Positions 44,462-55,631 of a DNA stretch of 64,000 bases are shown here, piece by piece. How positions within the stretch are numbered: position 1 is the stretch's first letter; the number at the start of each line of letters is the position of its first letter. The notes beneath the pieces were generated by a model that had not been told where the DNA came from, ran no database searches, and saw only the letters and a list, made by a program, of their open reading frames with translations. Source of the stretch: an uncultured Gammaproteobacteria bacterium (lineage in GTDB: Bacteria; Pseudomonadota; Gammaproteobacteria; Eutrophobiales; Eutrophobiaceae). The position numbers and the translations under genes are program-made. The stretch lies in the NCBI GenBank assembly GCA_943788815.1, contig CALSRS010000002.1, forward strand, positions 573,766 through 637,765, read 5' to 3'.

Positions 44462-46390
44462 TTATTTTTTATCTTCGTCAACTTCCTCGAATTCAGCATC
44501 TACGACATCGTCTTCCGAATTCGCACTTTCTGTACTACCGGCATCTGCAGAATCTGCACTCGCTTGCTCAGAGGTCTCCTGGTAGGCTTTTTCTGCCAAC
44601 TTTCCTGCAAGTTCTGTCAGCTTCTTGGTTTTATCCTCAATTTCAGACTTGTTATCACCTTTTAGACTTTCTTCCACCTCATTGATTGCCGCTTCAATTT
44701 CAGTTTTTTCAGTTTCCTCAGCTTTATCACCTAGCTCTTCAAGAGATTTCCTGGTTGCATGAACCATATTTTCTGCCATGTTACGTGTTTCTACCAGTTC
44801 CTTGGTAATCCTGTCTTCTTCTGCATGCGCCTCTGCGTCTTTGACCATCTTGTCTATTTCATCATCAGATAAACCGCTAGAGGCCTTAATAATTATTGAT
44901 TGTTCTTTACCTGTTGCCTTGTCCTTTGCTGATACATTTAGAATTCCATTTGCATCTATATTGAATCCCACTTCAATTTGAGGTGCCCCTCTAGGTGCCG
45001 GTGGAATATCTGATAAATCAAACCTGCCCAATGACTTATTACCCGTGGCAATTTCTCGCTCACCCTGTAAGACATGTACCGTCACTGCAGTCTGGTTGTC
45101 CTCAGCCGTAGAAAAGACCTGCTGTGCCTTAGTGGGTATAGTGGTGTTTTTTTCTATCAACTTGGTCATCACGCCACCTAAGGTTTCAATCCCGAGTGAT
45201 AAAGGTGTCACATCCAGCAACAAGACATCTTTTACGTCCCCGCCTAAAACACCAGCCTGTATAGCTGCTCCACAAGCAACTGCTTCATCAGGATTTACGT
45301 CTTTTCGTGATTCCTGACCAAAGATCTTTGTCACCGTTTCCTGAACCTTGGGCATACGGGTTTGCCCCCCAACCAGAATCACATCTGTTATTTCAGATTT
45401 GTCCAGTCCCGCATCCTGCAATGCCACCTGGCAGGGATCTATCGTTCGGTCAATCAATTCATCAACAAGTGACTCAAGTTTTGCCCGTGACAGTTTTATA
45501 TTCAGATGCTTAGGCCCTGTAGCGTCTGCGGTAATATATGGAAGATTAATATCTGTTTGTGTACTTGAAGACAATTCAATTTTAGCTTTTTCAGCAGCTT
45601 CCTTTAACCTTTGCAATGCAAGCGGGTCACTATGCAAGTCGACACCCTGCTCTTTTTTATATTCCTCACAAAGATAATCAATTATGCGCAAATCAAAATC
45701 CTCACCGCCCAGGAAGGTATCGCCATTTGTAGATAGCACTTCAAATTGATGCTCACCATCTACTTCTGCAATCTCAATAATTGAAATATCAAATGTACCA
45801 CCGCCGAGGTCATAGACGACAATTTTTGCATCACCTTGCTTCTTATCCATTCCATAAGCCAAAGCTGCCGCGGTTGGTTCGTTGATAATTCTTCTGACAT
45901 CAAGGCCCGCTATACGACCGGCATCCTTGGTGGCCTGACGTTGTGAGTCATTAAAATATGCTGGCACAGTAATAACGGCTTCCTTGACCTCTTCACCGAG
46001 ATAATCCTCTGCCGTTTTTTTCATTTTCATTAGTACTCTGGCAGAAACCTCCGGTGGGGCCATTTTTTTGCCATTGACTTCGACCCACGCATCACCATTA
46101 TCTGCCTTGATAATTTTATATGGGACCATATCGATATCTTTTTGCACGACGTCATCTTCAAATCGCCTTCCAATCAGTCGTTTTACTGCAAATAAAGTGT
46201 TATCCGGATTTGTAACTGATTGCCGTTTTGCAGATTGCCCAACCAGCACCTCATCATCTGCTGTAAAAGCAATAATTGAGGGAGTGGTTCGTCCACCTTC
46301 ACTGTTTTCGATGACCTTGGCTACGCCACCTTCGAGCACAGCAACACACGAATTTGTGGTTCCAAGGTCAATTCCGATAATCTTTGCCAT
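44462..46390 (-). CDS. dnaK: chaperone DnaK
   Basis: [32 protein letters not shown] tail. Confidence 0.99.
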   Translation of the reverse strand: MAKIIGIDLGTTNSCVAVLEGGVAKVIENSEGGRTTPSIIAFTADDEVLVGQSAKRQSVTNPDNTLFAVKRLIGRRFEDDVVQKDIDMVPYKIIKADNGDAWVEVNGKKMAPPEVSARVLMKMKKTAEDYLGEEVKEAVITVPAYFNDSQRQATKDAGRIAGLDVRRIINEPTAAALAYGMDKKQGDAKIVVYDLGGGTFDISIIEIAEVDGEHQFEVLSTNGDTFLGGEDFDLRIIDYLCEEYKKEQGVDLHSDPLALQRLKEAAEKAKIELSSSTQTDINLPYITADATGPKHLNIKLSRAKLESLVDELIDRTIDPCQVALQDAGLDKSEITDVILVGGQTRMPKVQETVTKIFGQESRKDVNPDEAVACGAAIQAGVLGGDVKDVLLLDVTPLSLGIETLGGVMTKLIEKNTTIPTKAQQVFSTAEDNQTAVTVHVLQGEREIATGNKSLGRFDLSDIPPAPRGAPQIEVGFNIDANGILNVSAKDKATGKEQSIIIKASSGLSDDEIDKMVKDAEAHAEEDRITKELVETRNMAENMVHATRKSLEELGDKAEETEKTEIEAAINEVEESLKGDNKSEIEDKTKKLTELAGKLAEKAYQETSEQASADSADAGSTESANSEDDVVDAEFEEVDEDKK

Positions 46391-46462
46391 TGTTACATTC
46401 TCCAGATAATTACATAAGTTATTGAATTACTTAATTTTTAATATTTTATATTTCAGATATAT

Positions 46463-46491
46463 ATATGAGGACATCATCCCCATTTTTCAAG
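46463..46491 (-). promoter_or_regulatory. sigma-32 promoter for dnaK
   Basis: CTTGAA-N15-CCTCATAT on the minus strand versus RpoH consensus CTTGAA-N13-17-CCCCATNT. Confidence 0.75.
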
Positions 46492-46565
46492 GTAGGGATG
46501 AAAATTATTATAAGCTAACTGCTGTGATGCCCCGGAAAATCAGGATGATACAAAGCAATCTCTTG

Positions 46566-47189
46566 CTATTTTGCAACCACGACCATGGCTGGACGTATTA
46601 ACCTGCCATTTAATTCATACCCTTTCTGGAGAACAGTAATGATAATTCCAGATTCTGCTTCTGCTGTTTCTGCCATAGAAACAGCATTATGTAGTTCAGG
46701 GTTGAATTTCTCTCCCTGTGGGTCTACGACTCCTACACCAAACTTTTCCAATGTATCTGTAAATTTCTTCAATGTCAGATTCATTCCTTCCAGGATACTT
46801 TCCGAGTTACTGACAGCTTCTGTAGCCTGAATGCCAAGAACCAGGCTATCAATCACTGGCAGAAGTTCATTCACAAATTTTTCTAATGCGTATTTATGTG
46901 CATTTTCGATATCACGGGATGTGCGTTTTCTCAGGTTTTCCATCTCGGCCTGGGTCAATTGCGCAAGCTCTAGATTTTCCTCGGCTTTTTTCATTGCCGC
47001 TTCAAGATCCTGACTTAATTGTTCTTCTATTGAGTTGGCCTCATCTTCTGTAATTTCAATTTCGTCGTCTTCTGGCCGAGTTGTGCTCAATATACCTGTA
47101 TCGCCCACATTCTGAGAATTATCAGAAATCTTATTTTCGCCGCCTTCAGGGCTTAATTCATCTTCCATATTTTGTTTTTTTCCTGACAT
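46566..47189 (-). CDS. grpE: nucleotide exchange factor GrpE
   Basis: AEMENLRKR, LLPVIDSL, FNPELHNA, QKGYELNGRLIRPAMVVV. Confidence 0.97.
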   Translation of the reverse strand: MSGKKQNMEDELSPEGGENKISDNSQNVGDTGILSTTRPEDDEIEITEDEANSIEEQLSQDLEAAMKKAEENLELAQLTQAEMENLRKRTSRDIENAHKYALEKFVNELLPVIDSLVLGIQATEAVSNSESILEGMNLTLKKFTDTLEKFGVGVVDPQGEKFNPELHNAVSMAETAEAESGIIITVLQKGYELNGRLIRPAMVVVAK

Positions 47190-47267
47190 TTTGATTTAAT
47201 CAACTCATTATTTTAGGGACAATTATTCTCTACATGCACACATAAAATAATTATGTAAATAGAGTAT

Positions 47268-47293
47268 GTATGGGTCAATTAGAAGAATTCAAG
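47268..47293 (-). promoter_or_regulatory. probable sigma-32 promoter for grpE, overlapping the hrcA 3' end
   Basis: CTTGAA-N12-ACCCATAC on the minus strand. Confidence 0.55.
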
Positions 47294-48342
47294 GCCGAGC
47301 TCAACATTCTGGCTGTAATATCAACGATAGGTATAATCCGTTGATAATTCATCCTGGTTGGGCCAATCACGCCTAGTACTCCTAATATCCTGCCATCAAT
47401 TTCATATGGCGAGGTCACGACACTGCAATTATCAAGCACATCATATCCGGATTCTTCACCGATAAAAATCTGTACACCTTTTGCATTAATTGACTGTTCA
47501 AGTAAATGCAACAGGTCTCTTTTTTGATTGAAACTATCAAACAATCGTTTAAGTTTATCAACATCACTTAATTCAGCAAAGTCCATTAAATTAGTCTGGC
47601 CAGCAAGAATATAATCTCCCTTTAGTTCACCCCCTTCTAATACGCTGGTAGCGAACTCTATAGCCGTTTGCATAGTTTTATTAACATCTTCTCTCATTTT
47701 ATTGAGGTCAGCTAATAACCCTTCACGAATTTTATTCAGGTCTTTACCCGAATAATGTCTGTTTAGAAAATTGGAAGCCTCCTGTAAATCCGAAGCCGAA
47801 TAGTGCTTTGCTGTATGAATCACTCGGTTCTGAATTTCTTCATCACTCATGATTAAAATGACAAGAACCCGGTTTTGACTAAGAGATACAAACTCAATTT
47901 GCTTCAATACTTGTCTTTTTTGCCTGGGAAGCATCACTATTCCAGCCAGATGTGTAATTTCTGAAAGCATATTTGATGTTTTTTCCATGAGGATATTTAC
48001 GTCATGCTCTTTTTCCAATTCACTGGCAATGTGCTTGGCGTCAATTTGGTCAATATTTTCTATCCTTAAAAGACTATCCACAAACAAGCGATAACCCTTT
48101 ACAGTGGGAACTCTTCCAGCAGAGGTGTGAGGTGAATGCAACAATCCAAGGTCTTCCAAATCTGCCATAATATTGCGAATAGTCGCAGGACTCAGGTCAA
48201 GGCCGGTATCACGAGCCAGGGTTCTGGAACCCACGGGCTGCCCATCATTAATAAAATGGTCGACCAGAGATTTAAACAGAAATAAACTTCGATCGGAAAG
48301 TATAATTGAGTCTGAGTTGGAATGTTTGTGCTGTTTTGACAT
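47275..48342 (-). CDS. hrcA: heat-inducible transcription repressor
   Basis: PVGSRTL, SPATIRN.MADLE..G, PHTSAGRVPT..GYR.FVD, GVIGPTRMNY. Confidence 0.97.
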   Translation of the reverse strand: MSKQHKHSNSDSIILSDRSLFLFKSLVDHFINDGQPVGSRTLARDTGLDLSPATIRNIMADLEDLGLLHSPHTSAGRVPTVKGYRLFVDSLLRIENIDQIDAKHIASELEKEHDVNILMEKTSNMLSEITHLAGIVMLPRQKRQVLKQIEFVSLSQNRVLVILIMSDEEIQNRVIHTAKHYSASDLQEASNFLNRHYSGKDLNKIREGLLADLNKMREDVNKTMQTAIEFATSVLEGGELKGDYILAGQTNLMDFAELSDVDKLKRLFDSFNQKRDLLHLLEQSINAKGVQIFIGEESGYDVLDNCSVVTSPYEIDGRILGVLGVIGPTRMNYQRIIPIVDITARMLSSALNSSN

Positions 48343-48463
48343 ACGGTTTTGATATTACCTAAATATTATGAAAAATTCAGTAAACTATCGTCATTAATGA
48401 AACGTCGATTGCGTTTTTACCTGTACATGATAATTTTACAAATTAGATAACAGAGAACAAAAG

Positions 48464-49327
48464 ATGTTTAAGAAAATTGTACTCATTTCAAATAATTACT
48501 CAAAGGTAATTTCTGACACCCTTCATACGGTTGTGAATGTCCTGGAAAAAAGGAATATCGACGTTTTTCTCGATAAAAAGTGCTCTGAATTTGCACCGGG
48601 CACCTCTCATGAGATTATCGATACACAGAATTTTGAAGATAAAGGTTACGACCTGGCTATTGCCATAGGGGGTGACGGAACGATATTGCAAGCTGCACAT
48701 ATCGTTGCCGACTACGATATTCCACTTTTAGGTATAAATAGAGGCAGGTTAGGGTTTCTTGCAGATATCCCAGCTAATAACGTAGAACCTATGCTGTCTG
48801 AAATTCTCGATGGTAAATATACAGAGGATATTCGGTTTCAACTGCATTGCGAACTTCATCGTGATGAAAAGATAATTACTGAGGATTCGGCATTTAATGA
48901 AGTAATTATTCAAAAAGGAAATATTGGTAAATTAATTGAATTTGAAACCTACGTTGACTCTGATTATGTTCATAGCCAAAGGGCAGATGGAATGATCATT
49001 TCCACACCAACCGGTTCTACAGCATATTCTTTGTCAGGAGGTGGACCTATTATTCATCCTAAGCTGGACGCATTACTATTAGTTCCAATTTGTCCTCATA
49101 CGCTCAGTAATCGACCAATTGTTATTGATGGTAACAGCAAAGTTGAGTTGGTTATGAAAGAATCCAAAATAGAACATGGAAATCTCACCTGTGATGGAGA
49201 AATGATATGTGATCTTCAGGAAAGAGACCGCATATTAATATATAAAAAAGACAGAATGATTCGTCTGATTCATCCATTAAACTACGATCATTACAGCGTA
49301 CTACGAGCAAAACTCGCCTGGGGATAA
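48464..49327 (+). CDS. nadK: NAD kinase
   Basis: GGDGT, GINRGRLGFL, FNE, STPTGSTAYSLSGGGP. Confidence 0.96.
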   Translation: MFKKIVLISNNYSKVISDTLHTVVNVLEKRNIDVFLDKKCSEFAPGTSHEIIDTQNFEDKGYDLAIAIGGDGTILQAAHIVADYDIPLLGINRGRLGFLADIPANNVEPMLSEILDGKYTEDIRFQLHCELHRDEKIITEDSAFNEVIIQKGNIGKLIEFETYVDSDYVHSQRADGMIISTPTGSTAYSLSGGGPIIHPKLDALLLVPICPHTLSNRPIVIDGNSKVELVMKESKIEHGNLTCDGEMICDLQERDRILIYKKDRMIRLIHPLNYDHYSVLRAKLAWG

Positions 49328-49346
49328 TTATTTATTCTTGTAATAT

Positions 49347-51011
49347 ATGCTCACCCATTTACACATCCAGAACCTGGCCATAATCGAGGAAGTAGAACTA
49401 GAATTCCACCCTGGGATGACTGTACTTACAGGAGAGACTGGAGCAGGGAAATCAATTCTGATAGATGCACTAGGCTTGATACTCGGCGATAGGGGTGACT
49501 CATCTATCATCAGACCTGATTCGGACAAATCAGAAATAGTTGCTACTTTTGACATTACGGAAAATGGAGAAATTTTCACATTATTAGATGAACAATCTAT
49601 CTCCTGTGATAATCAGGAATTAATTGTCAGAAGAATAGTCAATAAAGATGGCCGCTCAAGAGCGTATATCAATAGTAGTCTGGTCTCAGTACAGGTATTA
49701 CGACAAATAGGTGAGGTTTTAGTAAATATTCATGGCCAACATGCTCACCAATCACTAAGTCATCGAACAAACCAGCGTTATCTGCTTGATAGTTTCGCAG
49801 GGCATAAAATTATAATTGATGACTTAAATACTATTTGTTCTGAATGGAAATCAATTGATGAGAAATTATCTTCTATTTCATCAGATTCTAAATCCTATGA
49901 TTCAACGATGGAACTGCTTGGTTATCAGATAAAAGAACTGGAAGATTTACACCTGAGTATTGGTGAATATGATGACCTTGAAGAAGAGTACAAACGTCTA
50001 TCAAATATATCTGAACTAATTAAAATTTCCCAAAAAGCATTACAATTACTTAGTGAGCATGAATTATCTGCTGAAAGTGCTCTGCGACACACAATTCATG
50101 ATTTTAAAGACCTGCAAAAATCTGATCCCAAACTTGAAAATTTTATAACGCTACTGGAAAACACGTCTATACAACTAACCGATACTGTTGATGAGATACG
50201 CCAATATTCAGACAATCTTGAGACTAATCCGGACAGGTTAAATGAAGTAGATAATCGTCTGAATTTATTAATGGATATTGCTCGAAAACATCAGGTCCAT
50301 GCCCGTAATCTACCTGAGCATTATGAAATGCTCACATCCAGACTAAATGAACTTAAATCCAATTATGATTCCATAAACGAAATGGTGGAGAGACAAAAAA
50401 ATATTTGGGGAAAATATGAAATATTGGCAAATAAACTTCATGACAGCCGGGTAAAAAATGCAAATACCATGTCAAAAGCCGTTACAAAACATTTAAGTGG
50501 ACTGGGTATGCCAGAAGGAAAGTTTATTATTGACATATCCTCACAAAAATATGATGTACCAGTCAAAGATGGGACTGACCAAGTTGAATTTCTTATCAGC
50601 CTGAACCCAGGAAGCAAGCCACAACCCATGCGTAAAATTGCATCAGGTGGAGAACTTTCACGTATCAGTCTGGCAATACAGCTGGTAACCAAGCAGATGA
50701 ATTTATTTACAACAATGATTTTCGATGAAGTCGATGCTGGGATTGGTGGAAAAACCGCAGATATAGTCGGCGAACTATTAAAAGACCTCTCAGTAGATCA
50801 TCAGGTTTTCTGTGTAACACATTTACCGCAAGTTGCCTCCCGCGCTAATAACCACGTGCAGGTTTCTAAATCTTCAAATACTAATGAAACCCACGCTCAG
50901 GTTAAACAACTTGATAAAAAGGAAAGAATAGAAGAAATTGCAAGGATGCTGGGAGGAATGCGCATTTCGCAAAAAACCCTGGCCCATGCAAAGGAAATGC
51001 TGGCCTTATAA
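49347..51011 (+). CDS. recN: DNA repair protein RecN
   Basis: TGETGAGKS, IHGQH, ASGGELSR, FDEVDAG, VTHLPQVA. Confidence 0.97.
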   Translation: MLTHLHIQNLAIIEEVELEFHPGMTVLTGETGAGKSILIDALGLILGDRGDSSIIRPDSDKSEIVATFDITENGEIFTLLDEQSISCDNQELIVRRIVNKDGRSRAYINSSLVSVQVLRQIGEVLVNIHGQHAHQSLSHRTNQRYLLDSFAGHKIIIDDLNTICSEWKSIDEKLSSISSDSKSYDSTMELLGYQIKELEDLHLSIGEYDDLEEEYKRLSNISELIKISQKALQLLSEHELSAESALRHTIHDFKDLQKSDPKLENFITLLENTSIQLTDTVDEIRQYSDNLETNPDRLNEVDNRLNLLMDIARKHQVHARNLPEHYEMLTSRLNELKSNYDSINEMVERQKNIWGKYEILANKLHDSRVKNANTMSKAVTKHLSGLGMPEGKFIIDISSQKYDVPVKDGTDQVEFLISLNPGSKPQPMRKIASGGELSRISLAIQLVTKQMNLFTTMIFDEVDAGIGGKTADIVGELLKDLSVDHQVFCVTHLPQVASRANNHVQVSKSSNTNETHAQVKQLDKKERIEEIARMLGGMRISQKTLAHAKEMLAL

Positions 51012-51061
51012 TCTGAGTCTACTTTTTTTAAAGTAGTGTTTCTTACTTTAGACTACCCGCC

Positions 51062-51472
51062 TTATTCTGTTTTAGGCATAACGTAAAGAACCAAACTATG
51101 GTCCTGTAATACAAAACCATGTTGCTCAGCAATCTTATTTTGTAGCGCTTCTATTTCATGGTTTTGAAACTCAATAACCTTGCCCGTTTTTAAACAAACC
51201 ATGTGATCGTGATGAGTTCCTCGATCAGTTTCAAAAACGGAATGGCCTGAATCGAAATTATGTCGAATTACGAGGCCAGCAGATTCAAACTGGGTCAACA
51301 CTCGATATACGGTTGCTAGTCCAACTTCTTCCCCGGCATCGAGTAAAGATTTGTAAATATCCTCGGCGCTCATGTGCTTATCATTGGAATCTTCCATGAT
51401 TTCCAGTATTCGGAGCCTGGGAAGTGTCGCTTTTAAACCGGCTTTTTTAAGATCTTGGGCTTCCATTGTCAT
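51062..51472 (-). CDS. fur: ferric uptake regulator
   Basis: GLKATLPR, HMSAEDIY, GLATVYRVL.QFE, HHDHMVC. Confidence 0.96.
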   Translation of the reverse strand: MTMEAQDLKKAGLKATLPRLRILEIMEDSNDKHMSAEDIYKSLLDAGEEVGLATVYRVLTQFESAGLVIRHNFDSGHSVFETDRGTHHDHMVCLKTGKVIEFQNHEIEALQNKIAEQHGFVLQDHSLVLYVMPKTE

Positions 51473-51597
51473 AATAGTATACTACCAGTAGTTAACTTAC
51501 CTGAATTATAATGTATGTTGTGTGAATTTTCTCGCAACAAACCAAACAGGTAATATTACATATTTTTAACCAGAGATACTCACATATATACATTGAT

Positions 51598-52179
51598 ATG
51601 AATTTAGCCTACAAAATTTTATTACTTTTATCATTTACTCTTTTAACAGCATGTAGCTACAAAGGCAGTATTGACCTGCCAGGTCTGTATCGAGTTAATA
51701 TTCAACAGGGAAATGTAATCGACCAGCATTTACTCGACAGGTTAAAGCCTGGAATGGATAAAAATCAGGTTGAATTTATTCTGGGGACACCAGCATTTAT
51801 TGACCCTTTCCATACAGAACAATGGGAATATTTTTATAGCTCAGCCAGGGAAAGCAGAGACCGACGACAACGACATATGCGCTTGCATTTTGTTAATGAT
51901 GAATTAGCCTATATAACTGGTAATGTAAAAGTGACTGATCGCGATCTTAGTGATCCGATACGAGAATCGCGCACTGTTGATGTTCCATTACGTACAAGAA
52001 GACCTGGTTTTTTTGCGCGCATTTTTAATGAGCTCCCAATCGTTGGCAATAGTGGGCCGCAAATCATTGAAGGGGTATTGCCCGAAGATGAAGAACAAGA
52101 AGAACCAGGTGAGGAGCTAGCACAGGCTGGTGAAGAACCAGAAAACCCACCTGAGGAACAAGCACAGGCTGAAGAATGA
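51598..52179 (+). CDS. bamE: outer membrane protein assembly lipoprotein BamE with acidic C-terminal tail
   Basis: Lipobox LTAC, IQQGN, GMDKNQVEFILGTP, W.Y; divergent from fur. Confidence 0.92.
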   Translation: MNLAYKILLLLSFTLLTACSYKGSIDLPGLYRVNIQQGNVIDQHLLDRLKPGMDKNQVEFILGTPAFIDPFHTEQWEYFYSSARESRDRRQRHMRLHFVNDELAYITGNVKVTDRDLSDPIRESRTVDVPLRTRRPGFFARIFNELPIVGNSGPQIIEGVLPEDEEQEEPGEELAQAGEEPENPPEEQAQAEE

Positions 52180-52207
52180 TTTAATGCACAGGCTATATTT
52201 CCAATAA

Positions 52208-53113
52208 GTGCATATATTTCCATTACAAGCTATTTTATTTGCAATTTTATTAATTCAGTTTTGCCTTTTACCTGTATCTGCTATACAGGTAACTGATGAT
52301 TTTGGAAATGAAGTCGTACTTTCATCCACTGTAAAACGCATAGTTACACTTGCTCCCTACCTAACTGAACTTGTCTACTCTGCTGGAGCTGGTGATCAAT
52401 TAATTGCCACCGTCAGCTACAGTGATTACCCCGAGGCCAGCAATAAACTCCCCAGTATTGGCGATGCAAATGGTATAGATATTGAAGCCATCGTTAAGTT
52501 GGAACCTGATCTTGTAATAAGCTGGCATAGTGGTAACGGCGCTGCAATTGCAAATAATTTATCCAGATTAGGCATTACTGTCTTTGAGTCAGAACCAGAT
52601 TCAATTGAGAAAATATCATCAACAATTTCACGTATAGGCAAGCTCACTGGCACAGAGCAGATTGCAAAGAATAATATACAAGAATTTATTAATGAGATAG
52701 AAATTCTTAGGTCTCAGTATTCAAATCAGAAGAAAGTTTCCGTGTTCTATCAATTTTGGAACAAACCTGTTTACACCATAGGTGGCCTGCATTTAATTTC
52801 CAAACATATAGAACTATGTGGTGGCGAAAACATCTTTGCAGACCAAAAAACGCTAAGCTTAAATACTGACATGGAATCCATAATCATAAGAAATCCTGCT
52901 ATTATTATTGCCAGTGGAAATGACAATCAACGTCCGCTATGGCTTGATGAATGGAAAGAATGGAGAAATATTGAAGCCGTTAGAAATAATAATCTTCATC
53001 ATATTCCACCTGATTTAATACAGAGACACACCATACGTGTTACCCAGGGCATTAAGTATTTATGTGAAGTTATGGATATAGCAAGACAAAAACAACCTGT
53101 GATTACAGATTAA
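52208..53113 (+). CDS. btuF: cobalamin-type periplasmic binding protein (BtuF-like)
   Basis: VTDDFG, RIVTLAPYLTELVYSAGAG, YSDYP, PDLVISW.SGN, CGGENIF. Confidence 0.78.
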   Translation: MHIFPLQAILFAILLIQFCLLPVSAIQVTDDFGNEVVLSSTVKRIVTLAPYLTELVYSAGAGDQLIATVSYSDYPEASNKLPSIGDANGIDIEAIVKLEPDLVISWHSGNGAAIANNLSRLGITVFESEPDSIEKISSTISRIGKLTGTEQIAKNNIQEFINEIEILRSQYSNQKKVSVFYQFWNKPVYTIGGLHLISKHIELCGGENIFADQKTLSLNTDMESIIIRNPAIIIASGNDNQRPLWLDEWKEWRNIEAVRNNNLHHIPPDLIQRHTIRVTQGIKYLCEVMDIARQKQPVITD

Positions 53114-53116
53114 TAC

Positions 53117-53884
53117 TCAGCCTGGAAAAAACATCTGTTTATTATTGTCGGCAATTTGCTTAACAGGATGATTGTAAAGAACTTGAAGGTTTTCTCTGTT
53201 TATCACATCCTCAACCTTGCCAGTAATTATTTTATTTGAATCAATCATTAAAATTGCATGAGTGCAATATCGGATCAGCAAATTCACATCATGAAGAACC
53301 ATAAGTAAAGCACCGTTTGATTTTTGAACTCTTTCAATTAGTAGATCCAGCATGTTTATCTGATAATGCATATCCAGGTGATTAGTGGGTTCATCTAGCA
53401 ACCAGATCATAGGCGACTGTACTATTAGCGTTGCAACAGCCACTCGACGTCGCTCGCCGCCCGACAAGGTGTTTATATAACGGTAAGCCTTGTCTGACAA
53501 GTTGACTAATTTCAATATTTCTTCGACAATTTTAATATCTTCATTTGAATACATAGACCAGGATTTCATATGAGGATATCGACCTGCCATCACTGATTCC
53601 ATGACAGTAATAGGAAATGCATCTTTATAATCCTGGAACAATATTCCCATAATCTTTGCTAATGATTTTGCAGAATAAGTCTCTAGTTTTTTCTCGCATA
53701 TATTTATTGAGCCTGCATGTATTTGATTCAAGCCCATCATGGCGTAGAGGAATGTTGATTTACCGATACCATTCGGTCCAAGTATTCCCCATCGTTCATT
53801 GTTATTTACAGTCAGATTAAAATTTTTAATTAAATTCTTACCTGGTACAGCCAGGTCTAAAGAATTTATTTCGAGAAGCTTCAT
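53117..53884 (-). CDS. ABC transporter ATPase, cobalamin/Fe-siderophore family (BtuD-like)
   Basis: GPNGIGKST, LSGGE, LLDEPTNHLD, VLHD. Confidence 0.88.
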   Translation of the reverse strand: MKLLEINSLDLAVPGKNLIKNFNLTVNNNERWGILGPNGIGKSTFLYAMMGLNQIHAGSINICEKKLETYSAKSLAKIMGILFQDYKDAFPITVMESVMAGRYPHMKSWSMYSNEDIKIVEEILKLVNLSDKAYRYINTLSGGERRRVAVATLIVQSPMIWLLDEPTNHLDMHYQINMLDLLIERVQKSNGALLMVLHDVNLLIRYCTHAILMIDSNKIITGKVEDVINRENLQVLYNHPVKQIADNNKQMFFPG

Positions 53885-54894
53885 TTTTGAGTTTTATTGA
53901 TTGAATTTAAAAGAATTAAAAATATTGGCACGCCCAACATGGCGGTAAGCACACCAACAGGTAATTGTTGTGGCGCAAGGATAGTCCTTGCCAGGGCATC
54001 AGAAATGATTAATAAACTCCCTCCCAATAAGACAGATACTGGAATTAATATCACGTGATCCCCCCCGACGATTAATCTTGATAAATGAGGCACAATTAAA
54101 CCAATAAAGCCGATGCTTCCAGCCTGCATGACTGCAGTTGCTGTTAACAAAGAAGATAGAAAGTATATTAAATATGTTAACTTATCAGCAGAGACTCCCA
54201 ATGATTGTGCGGACATTTTTCCCAAAGCTAAAAGATTCAGTTCTTTTGCAATAAACAAACAAAATAATACGCAAATTATCAGAACGATCGCACTGGCTGG
54301 GTTAAAAACACCCAGGCTTAAATCACCCATTAACCAAAACAACATACCGTGGATTTGAGTTACCTGACTAATACTCAGCAAAAAACTAACAACAGCCCCC
54401 CAACCCGCAGCAAGAACGACACCTGTTAATAATGTCCTCAATGGATTCCACTTACCCTTGAGTCCCGACAAATAAAATACCAGAAATACTGTTATAGCTG
54501 CCCCTGCAAACGCACTGAAATTAACCCAGATTCCAGATATTCCAATAACAATTGCAAATAGGGCAAATGCGGAGGCGCCACTCGAAATCCCTAAAATATA
54601 AGGCTCAGCAAGCGGATTTCGTAGTAATACCTGCATCAAGCAACCAGCAAGGGCAAGCATACCGCCAACACAAAAACCGGATATAACCCTGGGGAGTCTG
54701 ATGTCCTTAATAATTTTATGTGTTATTTCATCTGAACTGCTCAAAAGCAATTCTGGAATTTCAAGCGGTGAAATTGGCACACTCCCCATGGATAGCGCCA
54801 ATAAACTGGTTAAAAATGCAATTAATACGAAAATAAAAATGACGAGGAAATAATATGAGGTAAATACCAGCGGCCTGCGAAAAAATGTCATCAA
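53881..54894 (-). CDS. FecCD/BtuC family ABC permease
   Basis: RLPR, RNPLAEPYILG, WLMGDL, IGFIGLIVPH, QLPVG. Confidence 0.9.
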   Translation of the reverse strand: MMTFFRRPLVFTSYYFLVIFIFVLIAFLTSLLALSMGSVPISPLEIPELLLSSSDEITHKIIKDIRLPRVISGFCVGGMLALAGCLMQVLLRNPLAEPYILGISSGASAFALFAIVIGISGIWVNFSAFAGAAITVFLVFYLSGLKGKWNPLRTLLTGVVLAAGWGAVVSFLLSISQVTQIHGMLFWLMGDLSLGVFNPASAIVLIICVLFCLFIAKELNLLALGKMSAQSLGVSADKLTYLIYFLSSLLTATAVMQAGSIGFIGLIVPHLSRLIVGGDHVILIPVSVLLGGSLLIISDALARTILAPQQLPVGVLTAMLGVPIFLILLNSINKTQK

Positions 54895-55178
54895 TTTTGA
54901 ACTGTCTTTTGACTTAGCGCACGTGAACGTCTTGCTTCTTTAGGGTCAGCTTTTAATGGGCGGTATATCTCTACTCTATCACCATCTTTTAGTACTGTGT
55001 CAAGATCACATAATTTTGAATAAATCCCTACCTTGTTTTTACTCATCACTATCTCAGGATGTTTCTTAATTATCCCGGACGTATCAATAGCAGTGGATAT
55101 AGTTGCTCCATAATCAAGACTGAGCATTATCGTCTCAACATACTTTTCCGTTGCGTAGATAACTTCAATATTAATCAT
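54891..55178 (-). CDS. ratB: RnfH/RatB ubiquitin-like protein
   Basis: IEVIYA, VGIYSK, DGDRVEIYRPL.ADPKEARR; ATG at 55178. Confidence 0.9.
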   Translation of the reverse strand: MINIEVIYATEKYVETIMLSLDYGATISTAIDTSGIIKKHPEIVMSKNKVGIYSKLCDLDTVLKDGDRVEIYRPLKADPKEARRSRALSQKTVQN

Positions 55179-55179
55179 G

Positions 55180-55617
55180 TCATGTCTTTGAATAAACGAT
55201 TCTTGCCCTTTCAGTAAATGAGCCAACGAGAGAATCTATAAATTTATTAAAAAATGTCTTCAAAGTCAGCTTCAGTAATTTATTTTTAAATTCAAATTCC
55301 ATATTGAGCTCAACCTTGCATCCATCTCGCTCTGTGTCAGTGAATTGCCAATAACCTTTTAAATACTTAAATGGACCGCTGATCAACTTCACATCAATTC
55401 TTTTTCCAACCAGCATTGTATTTTGAGTCGCAAAGGTTTGTCTTATTTTACCCGTTGCAAGAGAAACACTCGCATCCAGGCTTTTATCAGTGCGATTAAA
55501 TACTTTGGCATCTGTACACCAGGGAAGAAATTCAGGATAGGCTTCTATATCATTTACAAGCTGATACATTTGTTCAGCTGTAAATGGAACCTCTGAAAAT
55601 TTAGAGACAATACCCAC
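55180..55617 (-). CDS. ratA: RatA/PasT (COQ10-like START domain) protein
   Basis: MYQLVNDIEAYPEFLPWC, GPFKYL.G.W.F, F..RA..VY. Confidence 0.93.
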   Translation of the reverse strand: MGIVSKFSEVPFTAEQMYQLVNDIEAYPEFLPWCTDAKVFNRTDKSLDASVSLATGKIRQTFATQNTMLVGKRIDVKLISGPFKYLKGYWQFTDTERDGCKVELNMEFEFKNKLLKLTLKTFFNKFIDSLVGSFTERARIVYSKT

Positions 55618-55631
55618 TACTTGATTTTAAA

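Noticed and set aside
46391-48463. CIRCE operator for HrcA
   Set aside because: No TTAGCACTC-N9-GAGTGCTAA found upstream of hrcA, grpE or dnaK; sigma-32 promoters explain the locus.
54891-55617. ratA-ratB as a toxin-antitoxin or defence module
   Set aside because: Conserved housekeeping pair beside smpB; RatA is a COQ10-like protein linked to ubiquinone function.
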